DNA from: an uncultured virus (IMG/VR IMGVR_UViG_3300013823_000004)
Taxonomy: Duplodnaviria > Heunggongvirae > Uroviricota > Caudoviricetes
DNA length: 64,000 bases
Direction: 5' to 3' (one strand)
Virus record (IMG/VR): IMGVR_UViG_3300013823_000004
The notes under the pieces were generated by a model. It did not search any database. It was given only the letters and a program-made list of their open reading frames with translations, and had not been told where the DNA came from. Below, piece by piece: positions 1-10,015 of the stretch; within the stretch, counting starts at the first letter, position 1, and each line of letters starts with the position of its first letter. The translations under genes were made by a program, and so were the position numbers.

Positions 1-183
1 TCATGCCTCCGGCAGGCCGAGGTCTCGGCGAATCAGGGTCGCCACCACCTTGGCGCTATGCGCCTGGGCCAGCATGTCGCGGGTGATCTGGTCGAACTGC
101 TTGATCACCCCTGGGGACGGTCCCCGGGTCTTGCGGAATTCGGCGTACAGCACTGCATGGTCCTTGCTCAGCGCCTTGTTCAT
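1..183 (-). CDS. Small hypothetical protein (60 aa, MNKALSKDHAV...)
   Basis: GAGG ribosome-binding site upstream of ATG at 183; ORF track extends further upstream. Confidence 0.5.
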   Translation of the reverse strand: MNKALSKDHAVLYAEFRKTRGPSPGVIKQFDQITRDMLAQAHSAKVVATLIRRDLGLPEA

Positions 184-453
184 CTCGTCCTCACCATCTT
201 CGCGGCATCGGTGCTCGCGCAGAGCGATGCCGGAAGCTGCCGCTTCGCCCGGTTGCAGCGGCGTTCGGCCCGGCCGATCCTGAGCCTTCGCCCCTCCAAT
301 CGAAACCACCAGAGCGCGCTTCCTTTCCTTTTCCTTGTTCATCAACAACGAACCCCTGTTCTGGATCGCCGGCGGGCTGCCGGCTAGGTGAAAATCACCC
401 AGAACTCGGTCAGGTCGATGGACCAGCGCGCGAACTGGTGATCCGCTGCAGCC

Positions 454-3400
454 CTACTCGGGGCCGACAGCCGCCTGCAACCGCGCCGACAGCTTCGGGT
501 TGAGCACGATTCCGCCCTCGGCCTTGGCGCTGTAGCCCGCGCGCGACTTCATCGAGGCCCGGATGCTGCTGGCGGAGATGGCGACTTCCGGGTTGGCGCG
601 ATTGAAGGCCCGGATCTTCTCCATCACCGCCTCGCGGGTGGGCTGGTCCCCGTTGCGCACTGCCAGGGCGAAGGCGTTCATCAGGGTCTCGCGGCGCCGG
701 GTGATGTGCTCCTCGTAGTTCTTCAGCGCGCGGTTGCGCTCGTACCGCTCGGCCACTTCCGCCGGCGCGAAGCCGGCGCCCTGCAGCAGCGCCTGCCACA
801 GGCTCACATCCTCCACGACCGGGTCGCCGCGGAGCGTGTTGACGCCCTGGGTGGCGTACCGGGCCGCCTTCAGCACGTCCTTCATGCCCTTGGGCAGCAT
901 GGTCTCCACGCCGCGCAGCAGGTGGCCCTCGTCGATCTGCTGCTTGCCCACCAGCACGTTCTTGAGCACGCCGCCCATGGGGCCGGCCGCCTGCTCCAGC
1001 AGGTTGTTGAACATGCCCCGGCCGTCCAGCTCCCGGTCGGCGTCGCGGATCCACAGGCTGTCCAGCCCCACCCGGCCGGCGATATTGGCGCCGGTCAGCT
1101 TGTTGGCCGGACCGCGCAGCAGCACCTCCGCGGCGCTCGGCCCCAGCATGTCGCCCAGGAACGCCCGGAACTCGGTCTCCGCGTCCCACGGCTCGTCGTC
1201 GTCGCCGAAGGTGGCCTGCACGGCGTTGAGCACGCCCATGACCACGCCCATCATCGGCAGGCCGAGCGCGCCGGAGAACAGCGTGCTCATGCCCAGCACG
1301 CCGGCCAGGTTGCGCCGGGCGATCTTGCGGACCTCTGGGTCCTGCCCCTTCGTGGCCTGCCAGACCATCCGGCCCAGCGCCCAGCTCATGTTGAGGCTGT
1401 ACTGCCGGAACATCAGCAGCACCTTGGCCGTGCCGCTCTGCATGTACCGCGCGCGGTTGGCGTTGCTGTAGTCGAAGTGGGTGTCGAAGATGGCATCCCG
1501 GGCGAACTTCACCGCCTCGTCGAACGCGGCGCCGCCGTCGCGCGCCAGGCGGAATGCCGCCATGCCGGTGGCCTCGCGGTTCACCACCTCGGTCTTGTGG
1601 AAGCCCCAGCCGATGATCTCCATGGCCTTGGCCCACGCCGGGTTGTAGCCGGCCATGCCGCCCTCAGCGATGCCGGCCAGGTTGTGGGCCTGCGTCTTCT
1701 CGATCGCGCCGGCCGCCTGCAGAGCCTGGTAGGCGCGCTGCTCCTCCGGGTCGGTCAGGGTGCGCTGGATGTTGCCCATGGTCCGCACCGCGTCGCGGCT
1801 GGCCGCGAGCAGGTAGTTCATGGACTTCACGCCCCCGTGCCGAGCCGCCAGGAACGGGTAGCTCACCAGCGCCGTCTGGGTCAGGTTGACCAGCGCCGCG
1901 GCGGGCGTGGCGCCCAGGTAGTAGGTGAACCCGAAGGACGAGACCAGGTTGGTCAGCGCGCTGTCCGTCGGGTTCATGATCCAGTCGTGGCGGCGCTTCA
2001 GCTCCTCGAGGATGGTGTCGCCGGCGGTGATGCGCCGCACGTTGGCGTCCGGTTCCTTGCGTGCAGCATCCTGCTGCTTCGTCAGCAGGTTGAGGACCTC
2101 CTGCAGTTTGTGCGAGTAGCGCAGCCTGGCCAGCTGGTGCGAGCCGTGGTGCATGTTGTAGGCGAATGCCCGCACCGCATCGGGGTCGAAGCCCGGCACC
2201 GATTTGCGGTGGATGCTGTGCTTACGCATCGACAGTTCGGGCATGGCCTCCAGGTACAGCTGATAGATCTCGTCCTGCACCTTGTCCGACACGTGGGAAT
2301 CCCGGAGCTGCTGGATCACGTCGGCCACGAAGGTCCCCGAGGGCGCGTCCTTGGCGCTCACCTTGTCACCTTTCTTGCCGCTCGCGGTGACCGTCCAACC
2401 CTTCGCCCTGAGGCTGTCGACGGCCCGGTCCAGTTCATTCACCGTCTTGAACATCATGAAGGTGTTGGTGTCGTCCTTCTCCGCCGCGACGAAGAAGCTG
2501 CCGAAGCGCTGCAGCGGGAAGTAGACCCCCTGCATGCGGGCGCTCTCGAACTGCTGCCGCAGCATCGTGACCATCTTCTTGCGCTGCTGATCGGACACGC
2601 CGTCGGCGGCCAGATCCTCGATACGCTGCGCCAGTGCTTCCTCGACGGCGTCCGAGCGCTGGCGGTAGGCGTCGCGGAACTGGGTGTAGATGGCCTGCGC
2701 CTCTGGCGACAGCTGGTTCCATCGTTCGACCAGCGGGGCGTACTGGCGGCGCCGGCGCGGCTCGGCCATGCCCATGGCGGTCAGGGCCTTGATCTCGTTG
2801 ATCATGTTCGCCTTGGAGTCGCCGCTGCGCTCCTTCATCTGCTGCTGCTTCACCTTGATGGCGTGATCGATGTTCGCCTTGGTGACCTCGAACTCGCCCT
2901 TTTGCCCTGGCATCTTGAACATCAGCGGCTGGTAGGCCTTCGAGGGGTCAACGCCGTCGATCGTGGCATCGTGCATCAGGTCGAACAGGCGCTCAGCCTC
3001 TGCCTTGTTCTTGCTCGCCCACTTCCGCGCGGGCTCGGCGATGGCTTCCGCTTCCGCCTGCAGCTGGTTCCGGTCGGCCTGCATCTCGGCCAGGAAATGC
3101 GAGTAGTGGTCGATGTTCTTGAAGTAGTCGCCGCCCAGCTCCGTGAGGTGCCGGGTGGCCAGCGCCCCCAGCCACGTGGGCCGCCACTGGTCCTTGAGCT
3201 TCCGCGGCACCATGTCGGCCAGCATCTGCCGCGCGCGCGCCAGCACGCCCTCGCCCTGCAAGCCCTTCTGGATCGTGTCGATGTCCGCCAGCGCATCGGC
3301 CGACGGCAGGCTGAACAGCCGGCGGTCCGGATCGACCGGGCCCTCCCCGGCCTGCTGGACAACGTCGCGCTCAGCGAGTACCTTTGGCGCCGGAGAACCC

Positions 3401-6400
3401 TGACTTGGTGAACCACTCCGGGCATGTAGAGCCGGTCCAGTCGTACCAGGTCGGGGTTTTTCATTTTCCGAAGGGCTGCGGGCGCCAATGATGCTTTCGA
3501 GCAACGGCGATCTGGCAGCCCTTTCGCTTTCATAGGCGAGCTCACCAGACCAGCCGGCGAATGGCTGGGCGCCGTCCTTCCCATATGCGCTGGCAACGCG
3601 GTTCACTTCCAGACGGGCTTCCACCTGCCGCATCCGCAATGCGACGATCACAGGCTTCCCCGCCTGGTCGGTCAGCTCGGTGACCACCACCAGGCTACCG
3701 GGCTCCGTCTTGGAGTTGAACACGGCCAGCGGATCGGCCAGTTCCTCGGGCATCCGCCGCAGGGCCTCCAGCGACACGTTGTGCTTAATGCCGTTGCTGG
3801 CCTTGCGCACCACGTCGCGGGTGATCGTGATCGGCAGGTCCGGCGCGCCCAGCGCGCGCAGCACCGCAGGGGTGCGGCCCAGCCGGATCGGCGGCACCAC
3901 CGTCCGCAAGCTCGGCACGATCTTGTCGAACGCCTCCCGGTAAGCGGCCGCCTCGGCCGGATCCGGCTGCAGGCTGGCCGGTGCGTTCGCGCGCGAGAAC
4001 GCGTAGGCCCGCACCGCCGCCTGGCGCTCGGCCGCCGGCCGGCCGCTGCGCAGGAAGCTGTCGGCCTGGCTCAGCAGGTCGCGGATGTCCGCCTCGCTCC
4101 ACTGCAGCGACGGCATGACGCGGCGCAGGAAGCGGCGCACCGCGGCGACCATCCGGCTGGTGAACGAGTTGCGGATCCCGCGCTCGGCCATCACCGCGAT
4201 GGCCTCCTTCGCGAAGGTCTCCCGGTCGACCGTGCCGTAACGGCGGCTCACGTCCTCGAGCACCGACTGCAGCGCTGCGGAACCACCGCCCTCGCTGGCC
4301 AGCTTGTCGATCGCGCCGACGATCTGGGCCCAGTCCTCGGCTCCAACCACGCTCTCCACACCGAAGTGGCCCAGCGCCTCATGCGCCAGCACCTGGCCGA
4401 ACCGCGCCTCGCTGCTGATGGCGCCGGCGTTGATCCACACCGTGGGGCTGCCGTTGAAGAAGCCCTCCGCGCGGCGGTATGACGGGTCGACCTTCGCTGA
4501 CGCAGGGAAGTCCTCGGCGCTGCGCACCACCACCACCGATGGCGCGTTGTCGCCCCACTTCGCGGTCAGCTCGGCCTTCAGCTGCAGCGCGCGGTCGAAG
4601 TCCATTCCGCCGGCGGCGCCGTCGCCGCTTCGGGAGAACCGGATGTCCGGATTGGTCAGGTCGAAGGCGCCCCAGTTCTCGGACGCCGATTTGATCTGCT
4701 CCGGCTGGAAGGCGATCCACGTCTTCGCCTCGGCGATGTGGATGCCGTCGTGGCCTTGCCGCTGCAGGTACCGCCGGAACGCCTCGGACGCGTCGGGGCT
4801 GTCCAGGGACTGGGCCTCCTCCAGCGACATCTCGTAGGGGTTCTGGATGCGCAGGTAGGCGTCCACCACGCGCTCGTCGGCCGGCACGCCATCGCTCGCG
4901 TTCTCGGCATACCGCTGCGCCAGCGCGCGATCCGTGGTGAAGAAGTGGCCGAGCGGAGCGGTGGCATGGCCGGTAGCCTGGCCAGAACGGTGTTTGCTGA
5001 AGGTCCAGAAGTCCTCGGCGGTGCCGTGGAAGACCACCTCCGGCTTGCCGCCACGGCCGATGACCTGCGAGTCGGCGAACCAGCGGCGGAACTCGGGGCT
5101 GCCGACAGGATCCGGCGGCAGCGAGAACAGCGCGGCCGACGGGGGGGGCTCGGTGCGCGCAGGGCCACCTTTGCCCTGTCGACCGGCTGGCGGCTCCGCT
5201 GACGCGACATTTGCTGGCGCCGGCGCGACGAGGGTGACACGGTTGATGCCGACCCAGCCGGTACCCCGACCATCAGGTTTCGCATCGTCCTGGGCCACCT
5301 TGAAGGCAGTGCCTTGATAGGCCGGAGCGGCGTTGGCCTCGATCGCTACCACGGTCGCTTCATAGGGGGCGGTCGACCGCGGCGTCCCTGCATTGCGATC
5401 CATGTTGACCGACACCCGGTCGCCGATCTTGATGCCGTTCGGCGCCTCTTCCACCAGTCGGGGAGGATCCGACTTCGCAGTCGCGGCCGGCGCCGCCTCC
5501 TTCGTCGCCTTCCGCGGCGCGGCCGCCTTCCGCGACTTGAGCTGGGGCTTGCCCAGCACCGCCGCCAGCTCGCGCGGGCTCGGTAGCGTTGAATGCCAGC
5601 GCGGACGCTCTTCCGGCATCGGATTGCCCGATGCGTCCACGGCCTGCACCTGCACTCGCCACCTCCCATCGGGATCGGCCGGCTCGAACGCGAGCACGCG
5701 GTCCAGGCCGTTGCCGTAGGCCTTCACGATGCGGCCAGGCTGGAAGTAGGCACCGAGCGTCCCGACGTCGCTGCGGTCGTACTCCGGCGACCCGCCGATG
5801 CGGCGCACCCTGGGCGTGTACTGCGGCGCAGCGGGCCGGGCATCGGCCGGCACGGCTCGAGCGTCAGGTGCGGTGCGCGGCGATGGCTGGGCGCCTTCGG
5901 CGGCGGGTGACTGCGCCGTTGCCGGCGGCGCAGCGCGCGGCGCGCGCGTGACGCGGCGGGTGGTCTTCTTCGGGTCGCGCACCCACGCCTTGAACTCGTC
6001 CTGCGTCATCTCCTTGATGCCGCCCAGGCCGGTCCAGCCCTTCTCGTAGTTGGCCAGATAGGTCTTGCGCGCCTCCGCTTCGTCGGCCGTGCCCAGCACG
6101 ACCTTGTGCTCGTCGAAGCTGCCGTCCTTGTTCACCTGGTCGATGACGAACACCGGCAGGCTGGTGTCCTCGGCGCGATCGGTCATGAACACGTCGACGT
6201 GGTCCTTGTCCTTGCCGACGGTGCCCTTGATGTAGCCGTAGTGGTTCTTCAGCGCCGGCCATTCCGGCCGCCGCTTGCTGCCGGCCGGGTTCTCGATGCT
6301 GATGTCGTGCCCGTTCAGGCGCACATGGCCCTTGGGATAGTTGCCTGCCTCCTTCTGGGCGTCGGTCGGCTCGGGCAGGTCGTTGGTCGGGCTCGTCGCG

Positions 6401-8643
6401 GCGGTGTCAGCGGCGGCCTTCACGCCCCCGCCAGCGGGCACTGCAGGGCTATCGGGCGGAACTGCAGCTCCATCCAAGACCTCCACTGACCTGTCCGAAG
6501 ATTCCCTCGTTGCCGGCACCACCGGCGTTGCACCTGCCGGCGCTTCAGCCGCCTGCACACCAGGGGTCGCTCCGGCATTGGCCGCGGGCGCGGCATCAAG
6601 AGCATCCCGGTGCGCGGCTGCCCCTACAGGTTGGTCCCCCATCTCCATCGCGGAAGGCGTGGGCGGTGCCCGCCGGCTTGCCAACGCTTCGATGCTCGCG
6701 CGCCGCGCTGCGGCGTTCTGGCGCACCTGATCGAGCAGGCGCTCGTCGGCGGAAGGTTCAGACGCGGCGGCGGCGGGCAGCAGGCTGCCCTGGGGCTGCT
6801 CTGCCGGCGCCTGCGGCGCGGCGATGCCTCGCTTCCGTTCGGCCTTCACCTTCGAGAGAACCGGACCGACGACGGCGCGCCCCAACCCATACTGGTCACG
6901 CATCGTGTTGAGTGCGACCTCGCTGCTGATGCCGCCGCCGTTCTGCATCTGGTAGTCGAGGTTGGCGTGCAGCAGCTGCTCGATGTCCGCGGTGGTCGGC
7001 GCGCGCAGCGCCTCTCCGGTCTCGGCATCGACCCACGGCGGCGGGATGGTCGGTGCGGCCGGCGGCGACTGTGCCGGGACCTGTTCGGCGGCGGCCGGCT
7101 CCGGGGCGCTGCGGCGCGCGGCGGCTGTGACGTTGGCGACGTCGGCGATGCTGCCAGGCGCGGCATCCGGGAACGGTACTGCGGGCGCTGCAGCGCGCGG
7201 CGCCTGCTGGTTCAGACTGTCGTCGGCGACACGCACGCCCGGCACCGAAGCAGGGTTCGGCGCCGGCGCGGCCGGTTCGCCGGTGACACGCGGGTCCAGG
7301 CCTCGCTGTTCCGGCGTCAGCACCGTGCCACCGGGCGTGACCACGTTGACGCCATAGGCCGGCGTGCCGTCGGAAGGTGGCAGCGCCAGCTGCTCCGGCG
7401 GCAGTTCGGGAGGCTGCGCCGGCTGGTCCTGGCCGGGCTCCGCGGCGGCACCGCGCCGCTCGCTGGCCAGCGCGCCGCCGGTGGCCAAGCCGCCGCCCAG
7501 GACCGCGCCCAGCGCGGCGCCGGTACCGGCAGCCTCGGGCACGCCCTCCCACACTCCCTGATTGGGATCGATCTGCCGCTGGGCCACGTTGCCGGCGAAC
7601 TGAGAGCCACCCTCCTGGATCGTCTCTTCGACCGTCTCCCTGGCCGCGCCTTGCAGCATCGCCATCGGCCTGCGCGCCAGCCTGCCGGTGAACACGTCGG
7701 CCTCGAAAGGTGCGGCGAAGCGCCCGGCGACTGCAGCAATGGGGGCCGTGATGACCTGGGCCTGCAGCGAGGCGCCGCGCGCGATCGTCTCCTTCGCCGT
7801 GACCGGATCCGCGCCGGCGGCGACCATCCGCCGGTACTCGAGGTTCGCATCCCACACCGACTGCGGCTGGGCCATGGCCTGCTGGTAGGTCTGCTGCCCT
7901 GCCTGGCCGGCCTCCATCACCGTGGTCATGCCAGTGGCCGCGGTGGTGGCTGCCTTCTTACCGGCCGCGGCCGCTGCCGTCTCGGCGGCCTCCATGCCGA
8001 GCCCCTTGGTCAGCGCGCCGGCAAGGGCACGCTCGCCCGCCCTCGCCGCGGCCACCCGCGTGCCCATACCCATGGTCGCGATGTTCGGCACCTGCTCGGC
8101 CACGAAGTTGCCGAGCAGCCGCGGGGACGTGAGTACCTTCTTCGCGCTGCCGATGAAGCCCTTGGTCTCCGCCAGTTCCTGCTTCTCCTGCTGCAGGGCC
8201 TCCGACTGCGCGCCGCCGATCGCGTCGCTCACCATCTGCACGCCCTTCGACGTTGCGGCGCTGCCGGCCCCAGGCGCCATGCCGAACTGGCGCTCGGTCA
8301 GCGTGCCGGGCATCTTGGCGGCCAGCGAGCCGGCGCCCGGGACACCAGCCCGGTCGAGCAAGCGCAGGCCCTGCCTGGCGAGGTTCGCGGGCTTGGTCGC
8401 CTCCCGCGTCTCGACCAGGCCTCCCACCAGGTTGGCGGCGCCGGCGGCGACGCCGAGGGCGGTGTCCCCCAGCGCCTGGCCCCAGCTCCGCTCGGGACGC
8501 TTTGCAATCCGTTCACCCGCCGGCGCTGCCGGCGAAGGTTTCGCGGCGAATCGCGACCATGGCCCTGCTCCATTCCCCGCTTCCGACCCAGTCGCGGGGG
8601 TTGCGCCGGGCGAGCTCCCGAAGTTCTTCCACGGCTCGCTCAT
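454..8643 (-). CDS. Giant multidomain (polyvalent) internal virion/ejection protein, PLxRFG-type
   Basis: 2729 aa; pyrophosphatase-like motif (GNYPKGH..HYGYI..DHVDVF..DEHKV), ART-like motif (FRRWF..VVFHGT..GHDGI..PEQIKSA), HEALGH metallopeptidase motif, MuF-C/BECR-like segment (LGRTP..NRVASAYGK), YFPLQRFG. Confidence 0.88.
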   Translation of the reverse strand: MSEPWKNFGSSPGATPATGSEAGNGAGPWSRFAAKPSPAAPAGERIAKRPERSWGQALGDTALGVAAGAANLVGGLVETREATKPANLARQGLRLLDRAGVPGAGSLAAKMPGTLTERQFGMAPGAGSAATSKGVQMVSDAIGGAQSEALQQEKQELAETKGFIGSAKKVLTSPRLLGNFVAEQVPNIATMGMGTRVAAARAGERALAGALTKGLGMEAAETAAAAAGKKAATTAATGMTTVMEAGQAGQQTYQQAMAQPQSVWDANLEYRRMVAAGADPVTAKETIARGASLQAQVITAPIAAVAGRFAAPFEADVFTGRLARRPMAMLQGAARETVEETIQEGGSQFAGNVAQRQIDPNQGVWEGVPEAAGTGAALGAVLGGGLATGGALASERRGAAAEPGQDQPAQPPELPPEQLALPPSDGTPAYGVNVVTPGGTVLTPEQRGLDPRVTGEPAAPAPNPASVPGVRVADDSLNQQAPRAAAPAVPFPDAAPGSIADVANVTAAARRSAPEPAAAEQVPAQSPPAAPTIPPPWVDAETGEALRAPTTADIEQLLHANLDYQMQNGGGISSEVALNTMRDQYGLGRAVVGPVLSKVKAERKRGIAAPQAPAEQPQGSLLPAAAASEPSADERLLDQVRQNAAARRASIEALASRRAPPTPSAMEMGDQPVGAAAHRDALDAAPAANAGATPGVQAAEAPAGATPVVPATRESSDRSVEVLDGAAVPPDSPAVPAGGGVKAAADTAATSPTNDLPEPTDAQKEAGNYPKGHVRLNGHDISIENPAGSKRRPEWPALKNHYGYIKGTVGKDKDHVDVFMTDRAEDTSLPVFVIDQVNKDGSFDEHKVVLGTADEAEARKTYLANYEKGWTGLGGIKEMTQDEFKAWVRDPKKTTRRVTRAPRAAPPATAQSPAAEGAQPSPRTAPDARAVPADARPAAPQYTPRVRRIGGSPEYDRSDVGTLGAYFQPGRIVKAYGNGLDRVLAFEPADPDGRWRVQVQAVDASGNPMPEERPRWHSTLPSPRELAAVLGKPQLKSRKAAAPRKATKEAAPAATAKSDPPRLVEEAPNGIKIGDRVSVNMDRNAGTPRSTAPYEATVVAIEANAAPAYQGTAFKVAQDDAKPDGRGTGWVGINRVTLVAPAPANVASAEPPAGRQGKGGPARTEPPPSAALFSLPPDPVGSPEFRRWFADSQVIGRGGKPEVVFHGTAEDFWTFSKHRSGQATGHATAPLGHFFTTDRALAQRYAENASDGVPADERVVDAYLRIQNPYEMSLEEAQSLDSPDASEAFRRYLQRQGHDGIHIAEAKTWIAFQPEQIKSASENWGAFDLTNPDIRFSRSGDGAAGGMDFDRALQLKAELTAKWGDNAPSVVVVRSAEDFPASAKVDPSYRRAEGFFNGSPTVWINAGAISSEARFGQVLAHEALGHFGVESVVGAEDWAQIVGAIDKLASEGGGSAALQSVLEDVSRRYGTVDRETFAKEAIAVMAERGIRNSFTSRMVAAVRRFLRRVMPSLQWSEADIRDLLSQADSFLRSGRPAAERQAAVRAYAFSRANAPASLQPDPAEAAAYREAFDKIVPSLRTVVPPIRLGRTPAVLRALGAPDLPITITRDVVRKASNGIKHNVSLEALRRMPEELADPLAVFNSKTEPGSLVVVTELTDQAGKPVIVALRMRQVEARLEVNRVASAYGKDGAQPFAGWSGELAYESERAARSPLLESIIGARSPSENEKPRPGTTGPALHARSGSPSQGSPAPKVLAERDVVQQAGEGPVDPDRRLFSLPSADALADIDTIQKGLQGEGVLARARQMLADMVPRKLKDQWRPTWLGALATRHLTELGGDYFKNIDHYSHFLAEMQADRNQLQAEAEAIAEPARKWASKNKAEAERLFDLMHDATIDGVDPSKAYQPLMFKMPGQKGEFEVTKANIDHAIKVKQQQMKERSGDSKANMINEIKALTAMGMAEPRRRRQYAPLVERWNQLSPEAQAIYTQFRDAYRQRSDAVEEALAQRIEDLAADGVSDQQRKKMVTMLRQQFESARMQGVYFPLQRFGSFFVAAEKDDTNTFMMFKTVNELDRAVDSLRAKGWTVTASGKKGDKVSAKDAPSGTFVADVIQQLRDSHVSDKVQDEIYQLYLEAMPELSMRKHSIHRKSVPGFDPDAVRAFAYNMHHGSHQLARLRYSHKLQEVLNLLTKQQDAARKEPDANVRRITAGDTILEELKRRHDWIMNPTDSALTNLVSSFGFTYYLGATPAAALVNLTQTALVSYPFLAARHGGVKSMNYLLAASRDAVRTMGNIQRTLTDPEEQRAYQALQAAGAIEKTQAHNLAGIAEGGMAGYNPAWAKAMEIIGWGFHKTEVVNREATGMAAFRLARDGGAAFDEAVKFARDAIFDTHFDYSNANRARYMQSGTAKVLLMFRQYSLNMSWALGRMVWQATKGQDPEVRKIARRNLAGVLGMSTLFSGALGLPMMGVVMGVLNAVQATFGDDDEPWDAETEFRAFLGDMLGPSAAEVLLRGPANKLTGANIAGRVGLDSLWIRDADRELDGRGMFNNLLEQAAGPMGGVLKNVLVGKQQIDEGHLLRGVETMLPKGMKDVLKAARYATQGVNTLRGDPVVEDVSLWQALLQGAGFAPAEVAERYERNRALKNYEEHITRRRETLMNAFALAVRNGDQPTREAVMEKIRAFNRANPEVAISASSIRASMKSRAGYSAKAEGGIVLNPKLSARLQAAVGPE
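3356..3384 (+). promoter_or_regulatory. Candidate antisense sigma70 promoter inside the giant gene
   Basis: TGGACA (3356-3361), 17-nt spacer, TACCTT (3379-3384). Confidence 0.5.
3391..3467 (+). ncRNA. Candidate antisense structured small RNA
   Basis: 18-bp stem 3392-3409/3445-3462 whose 4 non-Watson-Crick positions are all G.U on this strand; inner hairpin with 7-nt loop AUGUAGA; U-rich end. Confidence 0.45.
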
Positions 8644-9917
8644 CAGTTCACCTTCACCCAGTTGCTCTGCACCGACGGATCCCCACCGGTAAATCGATAC
8701 CCATCCACCATGGTCCCCGGGGCAGGTGCACTCGGTTCCGCCTGCGCGGGCCGCAGCGGCGCATACAGCGGATCGGCGTTGAGCTCGTCGACGGCGGTCT
8801 TCCGCTCTTCCGCGTTGATGCCAGGGTTGTTCTGGATCGCGTTGTAGCGCTCGGTGTAGGACTTCAGGCGGTCGCCGTCGGTCAGCTCACCAGTCTGCCG
8901 CGGTGCCTGGGGCGCGCGCACCGCGGCGCCGTCTGCCCCGGTCACCGGCCGCCAGTTGCCATCGGCGCCGATGACGCCCATCGTCCCGTCGGCCGAAACG
9001 CTGACCTCCGGCCGGCGCGCGAGCCGCGCCATCTCCAGGTTGTTCTCGCGCCCGGCCGCGCTGTCGGCCAACTGGGCATTGGCCTTGCTGGCATCCAACT
9101 GGCGATTTGCCGCCTGTTCGGCCGAGACCGCATTGGCTTGCAGCGCCTGCAGGTCGGCCTGGTCCTGCGTGCGCAGCGTCTGCATGCGCTCGTCGCGCTG
9201 CGCGCCGGCTTCGCCGAGGATCGCCTGCGCCACCGCGGCGCGGCCGCTGGGGCTCCCCTTCAGCGACGCGCTGCCCATCGCGCGGGTCAGCTTGTCGACC
9301 AGCGTGTCGTTGGGGTTCCGGATCACCGCACCCTGCCGCCCTCGTACGGCCATCTCCGGCACCGGCCGCGGCGCCACGATCTGCGCGGCAGCTCCGACCA
9401 CTGGCCGCGTCGCGATAGGCGGTTCGACGGTCGCCGCCGCCGGCGCCGGCGTACCCAGCACCCTGCTGGTGACGTCCGAGAAATCAGCGCGCGGCGCGGC
9501 GGCAGCCGCAGTCGTCGACGGGCGGATGTAGCGCCGCGGCGCTGCGGGTGCGGGCGCAGGCTTCGGCCTGGCGAGCCCTGGCATGGCCCCAGAGAGCGAT
9601 GGCAAGCCGATCGGCTGGCCAGCGTTCGGCGCGGCCGGCATGCCGGTCAGCGCGCGGCCAGCGTCACGGGCGAAGCCGAGCGCGCCGCGAATCGGCGCGG
9701 TGCCGCGGTCAGTCGCCGCAGCCACAGTCGATGCCGCGCGGTTTGCCATCTGCCGGCCCGCCAGCGCGCCGCCCATGACGCCGGTGCGCAGCGCTGTGCC
9801 CACAACCGTGCCGACAGCGGGGCGGCGCGCGACCGGCTGGCCGCTGTTGGGAATGCCCGGGGTTGCAGCGCGCGCGACCTCGCGGCGTTCATCATCAAGA
9901 TTGTCGGTGAGGGCCAT
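8643..9917 (-). CDS. Probable internal virion/ejection protein
   Basis: 424 aa, Ala/Pro/Arg-rich, coupled to the giant gene; AAGGAG RBS. Confidence 0.7.
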   Translation of the reverse strand: MALTDNLDDERREVARAATPGIPNSGQPVARRPAVGTVVGTALRTGVMGGALAGRQMANRAASTVAAATDRGTAPIRGALGFARDAGRALTGMPAAPNAGQPIGLPSLSGAMPGLARPKPAPAPAAPRRYIRPSTTAAAAAPRADFSDVTSRVLGTPAPAAATVEPPIATRPVVGAAAQIVAPRPVPEMAVRGRQGAVIRNPNDTLVDKLTRAMGSASLKGSPSGRAAVAQAILGEAGAQRDERMQTLRTQDQADLQALQANAVSAEQAANRQLDASKANAQLADSAAGRENNLEMARLARRPEVSVSADGTMGVIGADGNWRPVTGADGAAVRAPQAPRQTGELTDGDRLKSYTERYNAIQNNPGINAEERKTAVDELNADPLYAPLRPAQAEPSAPAPGTMVDGYRFTGGDPSVQSNWVKVN

Positions 9918-10015
9918 GACTGTCTCCTTGAAAAGGCTTCGGGCACGCGTACAGGACCCGCACCTTCGCCGGCGCGCGTCTCAGATTCCGCGGGTTGTTA
10001 ATGCGGGGCGTTGCG

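Noticed and set aside
2976..3596. 206-aa alternative-frame ORF inside the giant gene as a separate gene or programmed frameshift
   Set aside because: Main frame is uninterrupted and no RBS is evident; local features are better explained by the antisense RNA candidate
706..10001. Long + strand ORFs (901, 745, 582 aa) and many similar ORFs elsewhere
   Set aside because: Shadow frames antisense to real high-GC genes; no RBS or recognisable motifs
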